NCBI GenBank assembly: GCA_022825135.1
Contig: JAJDYN010000022.1
Coordinates: 68,891 to 132,890 of the forward strand
Source: Gemmatimonadota bacterium
GTDB taxonomy: Bacteria; Gemmatimonadota; Gemmatimonadetes; Longimicrobiales; Gaopeijiaceae
Reading direction: 5' to 3'
Length of the DNA stretch: 64,000 bases
Positions within the stretch are counted from its first letter, which is position 1, and each line of letters starts with the position of its first letter. Below, one piece after another: positions 47,364 through 56,818 of the stretch. The notes below the pieces were generated by a model. That model did no database searches. It had not been told where the DNA came from and saw only the letters and a program-made list of their open reading frames with translations. Made by a program: the position numbers and the translations under genes.

Positions 47364-48136
47364 CGCCCTTCGACGCCGGCGCGAGGGAAGGCCGGGAGCT
47401 GTTCGTGGTCGCGCTGGAGCGCTTCGAGGGGCCGCTCGACCTGCTGCTGCACCTCATCCGGCAGCAGGACATCGACATCTTCGACATCCCCATCGCCACC
47501 ATCACCGACCAGTTCCTGAAGGTCGTCGGGGGGATCGGGGCGGAGGAACTCGAGGGCGCCGGGGAGTTCGTCGAGATGGCCGCAATGCTGATCGGCATCA
47601 AGGCGCGCATGCTGCTTCCGCACCGCAGGGAGGACGAGGACGAGGACCCCCGCGCCGAGCTCGTCCGGCGCCTGCTGGAGTATGAGCAGGTGCGCGAGAT
47701 CTCGTCCCGGCTGGAGGTCATGGAGGCGCGCAGGATGCGCCGCTGGGCGAAGGGCTACGTGCCGCCGCGTCCGCGCCCCGAGCCGCGCGACACACCGCTG
47801 GACACGACGTGGGACGAAGTATGGGAGGCCGCGCTCCGGGTCGATCTTCCGCGGCCCCATGCACCCCCCCGCGTAACGACGCGCCCGGTCTCGATGGAGG
47901 AGAAGATCGCCCTGATCCGGGATCGGCTGCGCGCCGCCGGGCGCATCGAGTTCTCCCGGCTGATTGGTTCCTGGCGCGGGCGCATGCACGGCGTCATGAC
48001 GCTGCTGGCCGGGCTCGAACTCGCCCGCCGCCGACAGGTGCGCCTGCGCCAGACCCGGCCCTTTGCCGAGCTCTGGCTCTATCGGCGGGCTGCCCCGGCG
48101 GCGGAATCCGGGAACGCCGGCGAGGAAGCCGCGTGA
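47354..48136 (+). CDS. scpA: segregation and condensation protein A
   Basis: FEGPLDLLLHLIRQQDIDIFDIPIATITDQFL. The start is uncertain (GTG 47354 or TTG 47321); both overlap the S2P 3' end. Confidence 0.85.
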   Translation: MALTPFDAGAREGRELFVVALERFEGPLDLLLHLIRQQDIDIFDIPIATITDQFLKVVGGIGAEELEGAGEFVEMAAMLIGIKARMLLPHRREDEDEDPRAELVRRLLEYEQVREISSRLEVMEARRMRRWAKGYVPPRPRPEPRDTPLDTTWDEVWEAALRVDLPRPHAPPRVTTRPVSMEEKIALIRDRLRAAGRIEFSRLIGSWRGRMHGVMTLLAGLELARRRQVRLRQTRPFAELWLYRRAAPAAESGNAGEEAA

Positions 48137-48693
48137 ATCCGGCGCAGGTGGTTGAGGCCATCCTGTTCTCGAGCGATGCTCCGCTGACCGCGGAGGAGGT
48201 CGCGCGCGCGGACGAGAGCCTCGACGAAGACGTGGTCGCCGAGGCCATCGCGGCGCTCCGGCGCGAGTACGAGGATGGGGACCGGGCCTTCCAGCTGGTG
48301 GAGATCGCCGGCGGGCATCAGCTGCTGACCCGTCCGGAGTTCGCTCCCTACCTGGAGCGATTCGACACGGTTCCGCGGCCGGCGCGGCTTTCGAGGCCCG
48401 CCCTGGAAACGCTGGCCATCGTCGCCTACCGCCAGCCGGTGGGCCGGATCGAGATGGAGTACATCCGCGGCGTGAACTGCGCCGGCGTGATCCGTACACT
48501 CCTCGACCGTGACCTGATCGAAGTCACCGGTCGCGGAGAGGGGATCGGCAGACCGCTGCTCTACGGGACCACCGGTCACTTTCTCGAACACTTCGGTCTG
48601 CAGTCGCTCGACGAGCTGCCGCGACCGGCGGAGCTCCCGGTCGTGCTCCGGGAACCCGGACCGCTCGAGGTCGAGCCGGCGGCGGGGGAATGA
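48133..48693 (+). CDS. scpB: segregation and condensation protein B
   Basis: GTG 48133 overlaps the scpA stop (GTGA). Motifs VEAILFSSDAPLT, LSRPALETLAIVAYRQPVGRIEMEYIRGV. Confidence 0.88.
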   Translation: MNPAQVVEAILFSSDAPLTAEEVARADESLDEDVVAEAIAALRREYEDGDRAFQLVEIAGGHQLLTRPEFAPYLERFDTVPRPARLSRPALETLAIVAYRQPVGRIEMEYIRGVNCAGVIRTLLDRDLIEVTGRGEGIGRPLLYGTTGHFLEHFGLQSLDELPRPAELPVVLREPGPLEVEPAAGE

Positions 48694-49526
48694 CTGGCGC
48701 ACCGAAGTCCTTCCCCGGCCCGGATCGAGGCGAGCGACTTCAGAAGTTCATCGCGCGCGCGGGCGTCGTGTCCCGCCGCCGGGCCGAAACGCTGATCGTG
48801 TCGGGTCGGGTGCGGGTGAACGGCCGGCCGGCCACCGTACTCGGCACCCGCGTGCGCCCGGAAGTCGACGAAGTGCGCGTCGATGGCGTCCGCGTGCGGC
48901 CGGGACCGGTCCGCTGGGTGATGCTCAACAAGCCGCCGGGCTTTCTCACGACCCGGCGCGACGACCGGGGCCGCGACACCGTCTACGACCTGCTGCCCGA
49001 ATCGTTGCGCGGCCTTGTCCACGTGGGCCGGCTGGACCGGGCCACGGAGGGGTTGCTGCTCCTGACCAACGACGGGGAAGCGGCGAACACGCTCGCGCAC
49101 CCGCGCTATCGGGTGGAGCGGGAATACCGGGCGTGGGTCGCCGGATTGCCTTCGCGCGACGTTCTGAGGCGCCTGGTGTCCGGGGTGAAACTGGAAGACG
49201 GCCTCGCCCGTGCGAGACGCGCCCGCGTCCTGGAGCGTGGTTCACCCCGCTCCGTCCTCGAACTGGTCCTGACCGAGGGGCGCAAGCGCGAGGTGCGGCG
49301 GATGTGCCGGGCGGTCCATCACCCGGTCCAGCGGCTCGAGCGCGTGCGCTTCGGCCCGGTCGAACTCGCCGGCCTCGGCCGCGGGGAGTGGCGGGATCTG
49401 ACGGAAGCCGAGGTGGCGGCTCTGGAGGAGTTGCGCGCGTCCGGATCCCGGGCAGCGCGTGGAGGAACTCCCCCCGGCACCGATTCGCGGATTGTCGCTC
49501 GGCGCGGCCGGGCGCGGCCTGCATGA
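48690..49526 (+). CDS. rluB: pseudouridine synthase, RsuA/RluB family
   Basis: ATG 48690 overlaps the scpB stop (ATGA). S4 domain RLQKFIARAGVVSRRRAETLI; catalytic GRLDRATEGLLLLTNDG. Confidence 0.85.
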   Translation: MTGAPKSFPGPDRGERLQKFIARAGVVSRRRAETLIVSGRVRVNGRPATVLGTRVRPEVDEVRVDGVRVRPGPVRWVMLNKPPGFLTTRRDDRGRDTVYDLLPESLRGLVHVGRLDRATEGLLLLTNDGEAANTLAHPRYRVEREYRAWVAGLPSRDVLRRLVSGVKLEDGLARARRARVLERGSPRSVLELVLTEGRKREVRRMCRAVHHPVQRLERVRFGPVELAGLGRGEWRDLTEAEVAALEELRASGSRAARGGTPPGTDSRIVARRGRARPA

Positions 49527-52186
49527 GCGCCGTGCGGGCCGGTCCCGCCGCCACCCTGCTGCTCGGGATGGCCCCTGCGGCCATGGCCCCGGCGCTGCGG
49601 GCACAGGAACCGCCCGATACGCTCACCCGCCCCGATACGCTCCCCGCCCCCGATACCGTGCCGGCGGTGATGGAGCTGGACGAGATCGTTGTCGTCGGCA
49701 CGCGGCGCGGCGGCAGGACAGCCATCGAGTCCTACTCGCCGGTGCACGTTGTCAGCGGGGCCACCGTGCGGACACAGGGAGCGGCCGATCTGCTGGACCT
49801 GCTGCGCACCGTCGTCCCGACCTTGAGCGTCAACACCCAGCCCATCGCGGACGGAGCGACCATCGTGCGGCCTCCCAACGTCCGCAATCTGGCCGCGGAT
49901 CACACGCTCGTGCTCGTGAACGGCAAGCGCCGCCACCGCGGAGCGGTCATCGCCTGGCTGGTGCCCAAGGCTTCCGAAGGTGCGCAGGGACCGGACCTGT
50001 CGGTGATTCCCTCGATCGCGCTGCAGCGGGTCGAGGTTCTGAGGGATGGCGCGGCGGCCCAATACGGCTCCGATGCCATCGCCGGCGTCATGAACTTCGT
50101 TCTGAAGGATGATCGCGACGGGCTTCAGGTCGAGGCCGGATACGGATTGACCGCGGAAGGCGACGGCGGACGGACCCATGTCGCGGTCAACGCGGGGCTG
50201 CCGCTCTTCGACGACGGATTCCTCAACCTGAGTGCCGAACTCGGCCGGGCGGGCGAGACGGTGCGCAGCGTGCAGCGGGCCGACGCGGCGGCGCTGGAGG
50301 CCGCGGGCAACGTCCACGTAGCCAACCCGGCGCAGATCTGGGGAAGCCCGAACGTGGACGGCGACCTCAAGACCTTCCTGAACCTCGGCGTCCCGGTCGG
50401 GAACGACATACGTCTTTACGCCTTCGGGAACTACGCCCGCAAGGAGACCGACGGCGGCTTCTACTACCGCAACCCCGACAGCCGCGAGGGCGTGTACACG
50501 CGGGGCGTCCACCGTCTGGTGGGGGACCTGACCGGTGACGGCAGCGGCGGGTGTCCCACGACGCTCGACCCCCGGGGCGACTACTATCGGAACGGGACCT
50601 TCCTCGCGGCCGACTTCAACCGGGACCATCCGAACTGCTTCGTGATGAACCAGTTCTTCCCCGGCGGCTTCACGCCGCGCTTCGGCGGCAACAGCCGGGA
50701 CCATTCCGCGGTGGCGGGGGTGCGGAGCGAGTCCGATTCCGGGCTCGCGTGGGATCTCAGCGTCTCCAGGGGCACGAGCGACGTGGACTTTTTCATCCGC
50801 AACACCGTCAACGCGGCGCTGGGCCCGGCCAATCCCGCCGACTTCGAATTCGATCCCGGCGCCTACCGCCAGGACGAGGCGAACCTCAACGCTGACTTCT
50901 CCTACCCGGCGCGAGGGTACGGCCCCGGCGGGTCCGATCTCACCTTCGCCTTCGGCGGCGAATGGCGCCGGGAGGCGTTCCGGATTCGCAGCGGGGACAT
51001 GAACTCGTGGGCACGCACCTTCGAGTGGAACGGCAGGACGGTGGACCTGCAGAGCCAGGGCTTCACGGCGGGTTCGAACGGATTCCCCGGATTCAGCGAG
51101 GACACCGGCGGGCGGTGGGCGCGAAGCAGCGGTGGAGCCTATCTGGAGACGGAGACGGAACTCCGGGAGAGTTGGACCGTCGGGGCGGCCGCGCGCTTCG
51201 AGTACTACGACGACTTCGGAACCACCACGAACGGAAAACTCTCCAGCCGGGCGGAACTCGATGCGAATCTGGCGCTCCGCGGAACCTTCAGCACGGGCTT
51301 CCGCGCCCCGACCCCCGGACAGGCCAACGCGATCAACGCGACCTCGAAGAACGCCGGCTCCGGCGACGAGCGGCAGGTGTCGATCGTTGCGACGATCGCG
51401 CCCTCCAGCCCCGTCGGAATGGCGCTCGGGGGCCGTTCCCTCAGGCCGGAGCGGTCGCGCAACGTGTCGCTCGGTCTCGTCTGGGACCGCGCGCCGGCAG
51501 CGGCCACTCTCGACTGTTTCCATATCCGCGTTGCGGATCGCCTGGCCCTCTCCAGGGACATCGAACTCAACCGGCCCGACCTCGGCCCGGAACGGGTCCG
51601 CGATGATCTGATCGCGACTCTTGAATCCGAGGGCCTGGCTTCGGCCCGCAGCTGGAACTACATCAACTACTTCAACAACGACTTCACCACTTCGACGCGG
51701 GGTTGCGAGGCGGTGGGCAGCTACGTCTTCGAGACCGGGGGAGGTGTCACCGTCGTCGACGCCGCTGTCAGCCGGACCCTCACGATCGTGGAAGAGTTCA
51801 CGCCCGGCGGGCCCCTCGCGGACGAGAAGGAGATCAGGGACTACGAATTCGGCTTGCCTCGCAACCGCGCCATTATCTCCGTCCGTCACAACGCGGGTCC
51901 GCTGAGCGCGGTGGCCCGGTTCAACTACTTTGGCGGCTGGTACGATTCCGAGGAGGACGAGGATTTCGCCGGCTACGGGATGGCCGACCTGTCGCTGAGC
52001 TACCGCCTTGGCGGCGACATCCAGGCGACCCTTGGCGCCGACAACGTCCTCGACGCATATCCGGAACTGAACCCGAACCGCTTCACCGGACTCGGCAACA
52101 AGTACAGCCAGTATGCACCCGCCGGGTTCAACGGCCGGTTCATGTGGCTGCGGGTCACTGTCGCTACCAGCCCTCCGCTCCCATGA
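49523..52186 (+). CDS. TonB-dependent receptor
   Basis: ATG 49523 overlaps the rluB stop (ATGA). Signal peptide, TonB box LDEIVVVGTRR, plug (RVEVLRDGAAAQYGSDAIAGVMNFVLK) and a long barrel. The C-terminus ends ...RFMWLRVTVATSPPLP rather than with an aromatic residue. Confidence 0.85.
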   Translation: MSAVRAGPAATLLLGMAPAAMAPALRAQEPPDTLTRPDTLPAPDTVPAVMELDEIVVVGTRRGGRTAIESYSPVHVVSGATVRTQGAADLLDLLRTVVPTLSVNTQPIADGATIVRPPNVRNLAADHTLVLVNGKRRHRGAVIAWLVPKASEGAQGPDLSVIPSIALQRVEVLRDGAAAQYGSDAIAGVMNFVLKDDRDGLQVEAGYGLTAEGDGGRTHVAVNAGLPLFDDGFLNLSAELGRAGETVRSVQRADAAALEAAGNVHVANPAQIWGSPNVDGDLKTFLNLGVPVGNDIRLYAFGNYARKETDGGFYYRNPDSREGVYTRGVHRLVGDLTGDGSGGCPTTLDPRGDYYRNGTFLAADFNRDHPNCFVMNQFFPGGFTPRFGGNSRDHSAVAGVRSESDSGLAWDLSVSRGTSDVDFFIRNTVNAALGPANPADFEFDPGAYRQDEANLNADFSYPARGYGPGGSDLTFAFGGEWRREAFRIRSGDMNSWARTFEWNGRTVDLQSQGFTAGSNGFPGFSEDTGGRWARSSGGAYLETETELRESWTVGAAARFEYYDDFGTTTNGKLSSRAELDANLALRGTFSTGFRAPTPGQANAINATSKNAGSGDERQVSIVATIAPSSPVGMALGGRSLRPERSRNVSLGLVWDRAPAAATLDCFHIRVADRLALSRDIELNRPDLGPERVRDDLIATLESEGLASARSWNYINYFNNDFTTSTRGCEAVGSYVFETGGGVTVVDAAVSRTLTIVEEFTPGGPLADEKEIRDYEFGLPRNRAIISVRHNAGPLSAVARFNYFGGWYDSEEDEDFAGYGMADLSLSYRLGGDIQATLGADNVLDAYPELNPNRFTGLGNKYSQYAPAGFNGRFMWLRVTVATSPPLP
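49613..49666 (+). repeat. 3 x 18-nt imperfect tandem repeat inside the TonB-dependent receptor gene
   Basis: CCCGATACGCTCACCCGC / CCCGATACGCTCCCCGCC / CCCGATACCGTGCCGGCG encode PDTLTR-PDTLPA-PDTVPA, between the signal peptide and the TonB box. Confidence 0.8.
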
Positions 52187-52826
52187 GCGGCACGAACGCG
52201 CATTCCATGAGCCCTTCCCTGGTCGTCCCGCCATGCGTGCGCCGGATGCGCACCAGCTGCTGAATCCGACGCGACCCGACCGGGATGACCATGCGCCCGC
52301 CGTCCGGGCGGAGCTGTTCTTCCAGCGACCGCGGGGCGGCCGGCGCCGCGGCCGTGACCAGAATCGCGTCGAAGGGCGCTTCCTCCGGCCAGCCCAGGGT
52401 GCCGTCGCCGACGCGCACGCGCACGTTGTCGCATCCTGTGTCCCGCAGTAGCCGGCGCGCCCCCGCGGCCATCCCGGGCAGGCGCTCGATGGTGAAGACC
52501 TCCTCCGCGAGACGCGCGAGAATCGCAGTCTGATACCCGCTGCCGGTACCGATTTCGAGCACGCGCTGGCCGGGAGACAGCTCCAGCGCATCGGTCATGG
52601 CGGCCACCATGTAGGGCTGGGACATGGTCTGTCCCCCGGTCAGCGGCAGGGCGCGGTCCTGGTAGGCCAGTGCACGCTGCTCCCGGGGAAGGAAGTGCTC
52701 GCGCGGAACCTCGCCCATGGCCGCGAGCACGTCCTCGTTCAGGATGTTCCTGCGGCGCAGTTGCCTCGCGACCATCCTGGCCCGTCGATCGGCGAACCGT
52801 TCCGCTTCGGTCTTCCTCGAGAACAT
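52164..52826 (-). CDS. pcm: protein-L-isoaspartate O-methyltransferase
   Basis: QTMSQPYMVA, VLEIGTGSGYQTAILA, VIPVG. The 3' end overlaps the convergent receptor gene by 23 bp. Confidence 0.9.
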   Translation of the reverse strand: MFSRKTEAERFADRRARMVARQLRRRNILNEDVLAAMGEVPREHFLPREQRALAYQDRALPLTGGQTMSQPYMVAAMTDALELSPGQRVLEIGTGSGYQTAILARLAEEVFTIERLPGMAAGARRLLRDTGCDNVRVRVGDGTLGWPEEAPFDAILVTAAAPAAPRSLEEQLRPDGGRMVIPVGSRRIQQLVRIRRTHGGTTREGLMECAFVPLMGAEGW

Positions 52827-52878
52827 GCCCGCCGGATCCTGCTCGGGTTCTTCATGGGCCGGCCGGTGCCGCCCCCCG

Positions 52879-55557
52879 CTACCGCGACAGCCAGTAGCTG
52901 AGCTTAACCATGAATACGTTGTCGGGCATGACGCCGAAGAGATCGCCGAGGTCGGAGTCGAAGTCGAACTGGCCGGTGTCGGCGGCGTGATTCCGGCCCT
53001 GCGACCACACCAGGTAGAGCACGGATCCGGGCGAGTACTCCCACCTGAGGACCGTGTTCGACCGGAACTGCCGGAAGCTGAAGTCCGGGTTGCCGAAGGA
53101 CACCGGACTCCCGTCCAGTTCGGTCAGGTAGCGGCTGTCCTCGGGGCGCGCCTCCACGGCTTCGAAGCGGTCGGCGTATCGCTCCGCGCGCGGGTCGGCC
53201 ACACGCTTGAACTCGCTGTAGCTTCCGGACCCCACGAAGGGCTGGGCGTACACCTGCAGCGAGAGGTCGGGCGTGAAGGCGTAGTCCATGCGCGCGGTCA
53301 GCCCCACGGTGGTCTGTTCGATGCGCCCGAAGAGGTAGTTGGGGGCGCCGGTGTCGATGCGCCGGACCCACTGCCGGTCGTCGAGGTTGCGGCTGAGCAT
53401 GGCGCCGAGGCTGAAGGTGGTTCTGCCCGATGGCCGCACGCTGAGCGTCGGGGCAACGCCGACGGACCACGAATCGCTTTCGGGACGCACATTGCCCCAG
53501 GAATTGACGTTGATCCTGACCGGCTTGCGGGCGTCGCTGCCGAATCCCCCCCAGAAGTTGGTCTGGGACTCGGTCCGGAAGAGCGGGCCGCCGCGCAGAA
53601 GGCCGTCGGACCAGGCCCCGAGCTCCTGGTTCACGCCCCCGTATCCGTACCAGAAGTTCTTCAACTGGAAGTTGACGTTGACGTTGCCTCCGCTCCCGGC
53701 GCGATCCCGGTCGTAGTTCCAGACGTTCCAGGCGTTGAGGTTGACGAACCAGTTGCGGAAGGGCCCCTGGGGCGTGGAATTGTGATATCCGCCCCAGACC
53801 CAGTGCACCAGGTAGTCGGCGTCGCGCTGGTAGCCCAGGTCATTGACCTCGAAGCCGGGCGTGCGTGTCTGGAATCCGGTCCCGACGCGCCACGGGCTGC
53901 CCGCGAACTTCATGACTCCGAAATTGGCCGCGCCTCCGCCCAGGCTGGTGCGTCCGTCGTCGTAGTCCACATGCCCGGCGTCGGGACGCTGGTAGTAGCG
54001 GGCCGGCGAGCGCTGTGTCCGGGCGATGGCGTCCGCGGAACCCCGCACATGGGAGCCGAGGACGTACCCCTCGAGCTGCCAGGCGTCGCCCCCGAAGCGG
54101 TGCCTGAAGTCGACGCCGCCGGTGTACGCCGCCGAGCGGAGACCCAGCTCCTCGGCGACGCCGGCGTTCCGGTTCACGGTGGTGCCGATGAAGCCCACCG
54201 ACGAGCGGCCTTCCGCAAAATCCTTCTGCAGCCTCAGGACTCCCTGATTGGAGAACGGCTCGACGGGCTGCTGGAAGGGGTCGCCCGTCCCCGGCGCGAC
54301 ATCGGCGCGCTCCTCCGAGGTTATCGCGTGCAGCGCCCCGATCGACCATCCGCCCGCAGTTTTGCCGGAGAGCTTCCAGGCGCCCAGAATGGTGGTCTGA
54401 TCGTCGGTATCCGCGAACCCGCCCTGCGGATCCGCCCATCCCTGGGGCGCGCGCCCGATCCTCCGCGAGTAGAACAGCGATTCGTTGGCGTTGTCTCCAT
54501 CGCCCAGGGCGATGCCGAAGTTGAAGATGCCCGCCCCCTCGACGAAGAATGGCCGCCGCTCCGGAAAGAAGGTCTCGAACGCGGTCAGGTTCACCTGGGC
54601 GGGATCCGCCTCGACCTGCCCGAAGTCCGGGTTGATGGTTACGTCCAGGGTGATGTCGGAGGTAACCCCGTACTTGACGTCGGCGCCGACCGACCCCAGC
54701 GCGTCGTTGGGGCGGTAGAAGGGATTGGCCTCGTCCCCGGGAGCGCGCCGCAGGCGGGCCAGCGAATAGGGCAGGACCTCCAGTCGCCTCGGCGGGTCGA
54801 GGTTGCGCAGCCCGCGCAGTTCGCCGAAGCGCGACACGATGCCGCCGTCGGCGCGGGTCGTGGGCGCCCACGCCGAAAGTTCCTCCCGGCGCGCGAGGTG
54901 CCGCACGAAGTTGATGCCCCAGGTCTGCTCCGCCCGATCCCGGAAGCGCAGCTGGGAGTAGGGGATGCGGAACTCGGCGCTCCATCCCGCTTCATCGCGC
55001 GCGGTCGCGACGTCCCAGACCGCGTCCCACCCCGTGTCCTCGCTGGTGTCCTCGAAGCGGTAGACGTCCTGCTTCACGCCGGCCGGGTTGACGGTGAACT
55101 GGAAGGCCGTGCGCCGGTCGAAGTAGGAGTCGATGACCACGCCCAGCAGATCCGAGTACGACTGCTGGTCGCGCCTCGTCAGCTGGCTCGCGATCTCGTC
55201 CGGGCTGGCGTCGTGCGCCCGCATGAACACGAACAGCGCCGCGGCGCCGTACATCACGCGCGCCTCGGTGCGCTGGGTGGCGGGCTGGCCTTCGTCGGGC
55301 TCGAACTGCGTGAATCCGGTGGCGACGGCAGCCGCGCCCCAGGCAGCCTCCTCCATCAGGCCGTCGATCGAGATGTCCCCATCGGCGACGCGCGTCGCCG
55401 GGAGAATCGGCACATCCTCGGCGCTACAGCATCCGGGCACCACCAGCGCGCCGCCCGACGATGGTGCCGATCCCTGTTCCTGGGCCTGGATTCCGGCGCC
55501 GGGGCCCGCCAGCGCCAGCGTCAGCCCGAGCATGCGTCTCATGTATCTCCCGTTCAT
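52879..55557 (-). CDS. CBM9-like domain / DUF5916-type outer membrane protein
   Basis: ATG 55557 follows GGGAGGGG. Signal peptide. IDGLMEEAAWGAAAVATGFTQFEPDEGQPATQRTEARVMYGAAALFV and D..GVVIDSYFDRRTAFQFTVNPAGV are typical of this family. The beta-rich C-terminal part ends ...VKLSYWLSR. Confidence 0.75.
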   Translation of the reverse strand: MNGRYMRRMLGLTLALAGPGAGIQAQEQGSAPSSGGALVVPGCCSAEDVPILPATRVADGDISIDGLMEEAAWGAAAVATGFTQFEPDEGQPATQRTEARVMYGAAALFVFMRAHDASPDEIASQLTRRDQQSYSDLLGVVIDSYFDRRTAFQFTVNPAGVKQDVYRFEDTSEDTGWDAVWDVATARDEAGWSAEFRIPYSQLRFRDRAEQTWGINFVRHLARREELSAWAPTTRADGGIVSRFGELRGLRNLDPPRRLEVLPYSLARLRRAPGDEANPFYRPNDALGSVGADVKYGVTSDITLDVTINPDFGQVEADPAQVNLTAFETFFPERRPFFVEGAGIFNFGIALGDGDNANESLFYSRRIGRAPQGWADPQGGFADTDDQTTILGAWKLSGKTAGGWSIGALHAITSEERADVAPGTGDPFQQPVEPFSNQGVLRLQKDFAEGRSSVGFIGTTVNRNAGVAEELGLRSAAYTGGVDFRHRFGGDAWQLEGYVLGSHVRGSADAIARTQRSPARYYQRPDAGHVDYDDGRTSLGGGAANFGVMKFAGSPWRVGTGFQTRTPGFEVNDLGYQRDADYLVHWVWGGYHNSTPQGPFRNWFVNLNAWNVWNYDRDRAGSGGNVNVNFQLKNFWYGYGGVNQELGAWSDGLLRGGPLFRTESQTNFWGGFGSDARKPVRINVNSWGNVRPESDSWSVGVAPTLSVRPSGRTTFSLGAMLSRNLDDRQWVRRIDTGAPNYLFGRIEQTTVGLTARMDYAFTPDLSLQVYAQPFVGSGSYSEFKRVADPRAERYADRFEAVEARPEDSRYLTELDGSPVSFGNPDFSFRQFRSNTVLRWEYSPGSVLYLVWSQGRNHAADTGQFDFDSDLGDLFGVMPDNVFMVKLSYWLSR

Positions 55558-55745
55558 CCGTCCCCCCTCCCTGGTCACGTCCACCCTTTCGTCGTTCGGA
55601 GAATCGGCGGCTCGTACGACGCCGGGTCCCGGTCGGTTTCGCGCGCCGGGCAGCGATGGCTGGGCACCGGGGCTCTGTCGCCCCGGGATGGCCGGGCCTA
55701 ACTTGCTGCCCAGTCCACGAAGCGGCCCGGGGAGGAGAGCACGTC

Positions 55746-56750
55746 ATGACGAGAATCAGCCAGCAGTCGGCCCATGGAATGCCTGCCGGAGGACGCGGAT
55801 CTGCGAAGGGATGCCCCCGGTTCGGGGACGCCTTGCTCGCCGCCGTCGTGCTGGCGACCGCCTGGGCGGTTCTGCCCGGCGACGCCTTCGCGCAGGCTCC
55901 CGCCGTCCCCGCGTCCGATCAGCAGGTGGCGCTGGTAACGGGATCGACATCGGGGCTGGGAAGGGAACTGGCGCTCAGGCTGGGAGCCCGGGGCCAGCAC
56001 GTGATCGTGCACGGACGCAACGAGGAGCGGGGCGCGGAGGTGGTCGACGCCATCAACGCGGAGGGGCCGGGCAGCGCCCGCTTCTACCGCGCCGACCTGG
56101 CCTCGCTCGCGGATGTGCGGCGGTTTGCGGAGACGCTGCTCGCCGACTACGGCCGCCTCGACCTTCTCATCAACAACGCGGGCTTCGGGTCGGCGCCGGA
56201 CGAGAGGCTGCTGACGGAGGATGGCCACGAGTATCGCTTCCAGGTCAACTACCTCTCCACCTTCCTGCTCACGCACATGCTCATGCCGCGGCTGCTGGAC
56301 AGCGCGCCGGCGCGCATCGTGAACGTCTCCTCGGGCGCCCAGACGCCCATCGACTTCGACGATGTCATGATCGAGAAGGACTTCAGCGGGCGGCGCGCCT
56401 ACGCGCAGAGCAAGCTGGCCCAGGTGATGTTCACGCACGACCTGGCCGAAGAGCTGGAGGGCACCGGCATCGTGGTCGGCTCGCTGCATCCGGCCACCTA
56501 CATGCCGACCGGCATGGTGCGCCGGGCGGGGGTGGAGCCGCGCTCGACCATCGACGAGGGCGCCGACGCCGTGATGCAGCTGGTGGATTCCGACGACTAC
56601 GAGAGCGGACAGTATTTCAGCGGGCTGAGGCCCACCAGGGCCAACGACCAGGCGTACGATGCCCAGGCGCGCGCCCGCCTCAAGAGGTTGAGCCAGGAGC
56701 TGACCGGGATTCGCTGCGACATGGGCCGCTGCCGCTACGTCGGCGGTTGA
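55746..56750 (+). CDS. exported SDR family oxidoreductase
   Basis: ATG 55746 follows GGAGGAG. Signal peptide (LLAAVVLATAWAVLPGDAFAQA), TGSTSGLG, NNAG, YAQSK. Confidence 0.8.
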   Translation: MTRISQQSAHGMPAGGRGSAKGCPRFGDALLAAVVLATAWAVLPGDAFAQAPAVPASDQQVALVTGSTSGLGRELALRLGARGQHVIVHGRNEERGAEVVDAINAEGPGSARFYRADLASLADVRRFAETLLADYGRLDLLINNAGFGSAPDERLLTEDGHEYRFQVNYLSTFLLTHMLMPRLLDSAPARIVNVSSGAQTPIDFDDVMIEKDFSGRRAYAQSKLAQVMFTHDLAEELEGTGIVVGSLHPATYMPTGMVRRAGVEPRSTIDEGADAVMQLVDSDDYESGQYFSGLRPTRANDQAYDAQARARLKRLSQELTGIRCDMGRCRYVGG

Positions 56751-56779
56751 CCAACGGGACCTGGTCGGATTGGTCAACC
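56745..56779. terminator. perfect 10-bp inverted repeat between convergent genes (possible bidirectional terminator hairpin)
   Basis: GGTTGACCAA (56745-54) and TTGGTCAACC (56770-79), separated by 15 nt. It spans the TGA of the SDR gene. No U-tract follows, so assignment as an intrinsic terminator is weak. Confidence 0.35.
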
Positions 56780-56818
56780 TCTCCCGGTTGAACGCCGGGG
56801 GAGTTCACCCGCGGACCG

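Noticed and set aside
52164-52186. 23-bp convergent overlap of the TonB-dependent receptor and pcm 3' ends, as a possible antisense regulatory arrangement.
   Set aside because: Short convergent overlaps are common in compact GC-rich genomes and nothing points to a function. It is noted only as context for the atypical receptor C-terminus.
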